A stretch of DNA of 61,175 nt from Vitrella brassicaformis CCMP3155 (Eukaryota > Protista > Chromerida): NCBI GenBank assembly GCA_001179505.1, contig CDMY01000515.1, forward strand, positions 1-61,175. Direction: 5' to 3'. Shown one piece after another: positions 58,964 to 61,175 of the stretch. A program made the position numbers and the translations under genes. Numbering within the stretch: the stretch's first letter is position 1; each line of letters opens with the position of its first letter. The notes under the pieces were generated by a model, which saw nothing but the letters and a program-made list of their open reading frames with translations, was not told the origin of the DNA and did no database searches.

Positions 58964-61175
58964 AGGGTGTTGGTGTCGATACGCATCTCCTGCATACGGC
59001 AGTCGCTTCATCTTGGCCTTCAAACACACTTCACACTTGGCCTTCTCGTCGTCACTGTTGTTCTCCTTCTTTGCCGTTGGTGCGTGTCTTGTCACTTCAG
59101 GTAGTTTCTTGAGGTATCCATCATTGACATGGGCAAATCGCTCATGCAATCGCTCTTGTGTGACGACTTCCGCGGCTAATACGTCTGTTGTCATCACATC
59201 CGTCGGTTCTTCATTGTCATCGTCCACCGATGGTGTGTGCGGCTGCTCCATGACGTCAACCACTCGCTCATCGGTCGCATTCGGGCAGTCGGACGGGTCC
59301 TTGTAGATGTTGAGGTACCAGAATCGCCCTTCACACATCAATGGATACATATCTCCTCTCCTTGCCTTCAGGAACGCAGCGCCATGATCAATCTCGAGTT
59401 TGACGTTGTAATCGTCGATAAGGTGAGCAAAAGGAAAGCAGGTTGAACTTGAGCTTGGGCACATACAGCACGTTATCCACCATGACCTTCTTCTTGCCTT
59501 TGTTGATCTCTCCACAGGTAAACTTGATGCAGCCGACACCCATTGCTGGTGCGGTTGATCCATTCGCCATGATGACGTTGATGTCGTGGTCGAGTGGCTT
59601 GATTTCGTCGAAGAGCTGCTCCTCAAAACAGCATGATCGCGCTGCTCCAGTGTCCATCATCATTGCCGTAGGTGAGGTTGAACACACACCATTCACGTGC
59701 ACCACCTCATCAGCCAGTTCTTCTATCTCGACTGCTCCAATCGTGGCAAAGTCCTCATTTCCTTGTTGCTGTTGTTCTTCCTCTTCGTAGACGTCGAATT
59801 GGTTGGCGTATTGGCGATTGGGACGTCGGTCGTTCCGTCTGTCGTTGGCTCGTGCTCGGGTGTTGTTCATAATGACGTCGCCATCCTTATCTCGTCGTTC
59901 TGTAGGGCGCCATGTTTGCTGCTGCTGCCCTCCTCCCTGCTGCTGTCCGCCAGTGTGCCAGGTGCGCTGAGAGGATTGGGCATAAGTGGATGAGGCCGGT
60001 CGCCAGTAGTCGCCGCTCTGTCTGTTGGTGTTGCGCGGCTGGTTCCTCCATCCACTGCCATTGTTCCTGTTGGTGTTGTTGTATCTGCTGTCAGGTCGTC
60101 TGTCAGTCCATCCCTTCCTCTCATCATCATGCTGACTACGCTGGTCTTGACGGTCATGTTGTCTTCCGGATGGACGGCCCCTCTGCTGATGTCGACGGTC
60201 TCGTTGCTCTCTTCGCAGCTGTTTCATGCGGTCATTCGCGTTGCGAAGAGCTTCTTCAAATTGCGGCCACGACAGTGCTTCTCCACGATACGCGCGGGAT
60301 GCTGACTCATGCGCCATGGTTGCCTTGAACATGTCGAATCTCTCAGGCAATGCCGATAGCATGACGGCGATCATCGTCTCGTCTGGCACTGTTGATCCGA
60401 CTTCATGAAGGCGGCTGACGAGATAGCTGAAGTCGCCAAGGGCGTCGTCAAGATCGTCCTTGATCATCTTCCAGCTGAAGAATCGCTGCAAGAGCTCGTG
60501 CTTGCATACGATACGATCAGGTATGAACCGCTTCCGCAGTTCTAGATACGCCCATGCACCATTCTCGCCGTGCTTCTGGTATGCTTCTTGAATCAGTCGC
60601 TTGGCCTTGTCTGCTGTCTGCAGGGCGAGGAAGCCGAACAGCCATCGGAGGTTCTTGGCGTTGGAGCTCTCCTGCTCAATCAGGATTGGCTGTCCCTGCT
60701 GGTTCACCACGGGCTGATTATTGCCATCCATCTGTGGCACCGCTATCTTCATCGGCGGGACGTCCTCATCCTTAGTAGGTAGATAGACTTTCACATCCAT
60801 CTCTCTTGCTGCCAAGTAGGCTCTGAGAGTAAAGTCCCATTCACGCCACTTGATGTCGTTCTCGCCACTCCTGCCGGTAAAGACGGGGAAGGTGGCCTTT
60901 GTCTCGAGATTGAGTGTCATCTCTGCTGTCTGCTTTGTTGATGTTGTTGTTGTCTTTCTTCAAGTACTGCTAGTAGTTGACTGCTGCTGATACTGCGCAA
61001 GACACTGATAGACCTGTTAGGATCTGTCAGTTAGCTGGCGAAGACTTCGGCTCAGATAAGCAAGAACCAAGTTGCTGCGCCCATGTGCGAAAAAGGCCGG
61101 TGAGGACCTTTCCTGTAGTTAGCTGAATAGAGGATCTGCTGGGCGGTAAGTCCCAGAGTAAGAGTGCTTTTACTT
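58964..61175 (-). mobile_element. Ty1/copia fragment E: gag-protease (1-bp frameshift near 59430), leader and partial 5' LTR (61084-end)
   Basis: ORF 59388-60920 shifts frame after LKFNLLS; gagcaaaaggaaagc replaces gagcaagagaaagc. The leader and LTR are identical to 55977-56230. Confidence 0.92.

Noticed and set aside
50128-59027. Very long ORFs (1318, 854, 609 aa) in the ORF track
   Set aside because: They run through N gaps and join non-contiguous, overlapping copia fragments; their N-terminal residues come from other frames.

Overview
Eukaryotic, GC-rich, intron-dense genomic DNA. The (CA)n/(GT)n-rich introns, TLDc and MORN families and a bipartite plastid-targeting presequence suggest a chromerid alveolate such as Vitrella (inference, not verified). 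Bases 1-46.9 kb hold about 16 spliced or single-exon genes, many in tight head-to-head pairs: two subtilisins, a CCCH+SH3 protein, two signal-peptide TLDc proteins, a multipass membrane protein, a secreted acidic mucin-like protein, CTF4/AND-1, CCDC81-like, a divergent pair of secreted PLA2-like genes (one HD-intact, one HF), an ING PHD protein, a plastid CIA30/Rossmann protein, an FAD monooxygenase, a PARP/Gig2-like ADP-ribosyltransferase, a MORN protein and an LNR protein. There is also a ~2 kb tandem duplication carrying PHD pseudogenes. Bases 47-61 kb are minus-strand fragments of one Ty1/copia family separated by four 300-N gaps, probably partly a scaffolding artefact. Most notable observations: a 320-bp TRIM-like element with 67-bp LTRs, a Helitron-like 3' end inside a PLA2 exon copy, a recurrent RRL motif in secreted proteins, introns with 5' AC and 3' GT repeats, the active/inactive PLA2 pair, and the zinc-cluster ART. 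Exon boundaries were read by eye; gene ends marked uncertain should be confirmed with RNA-seq.
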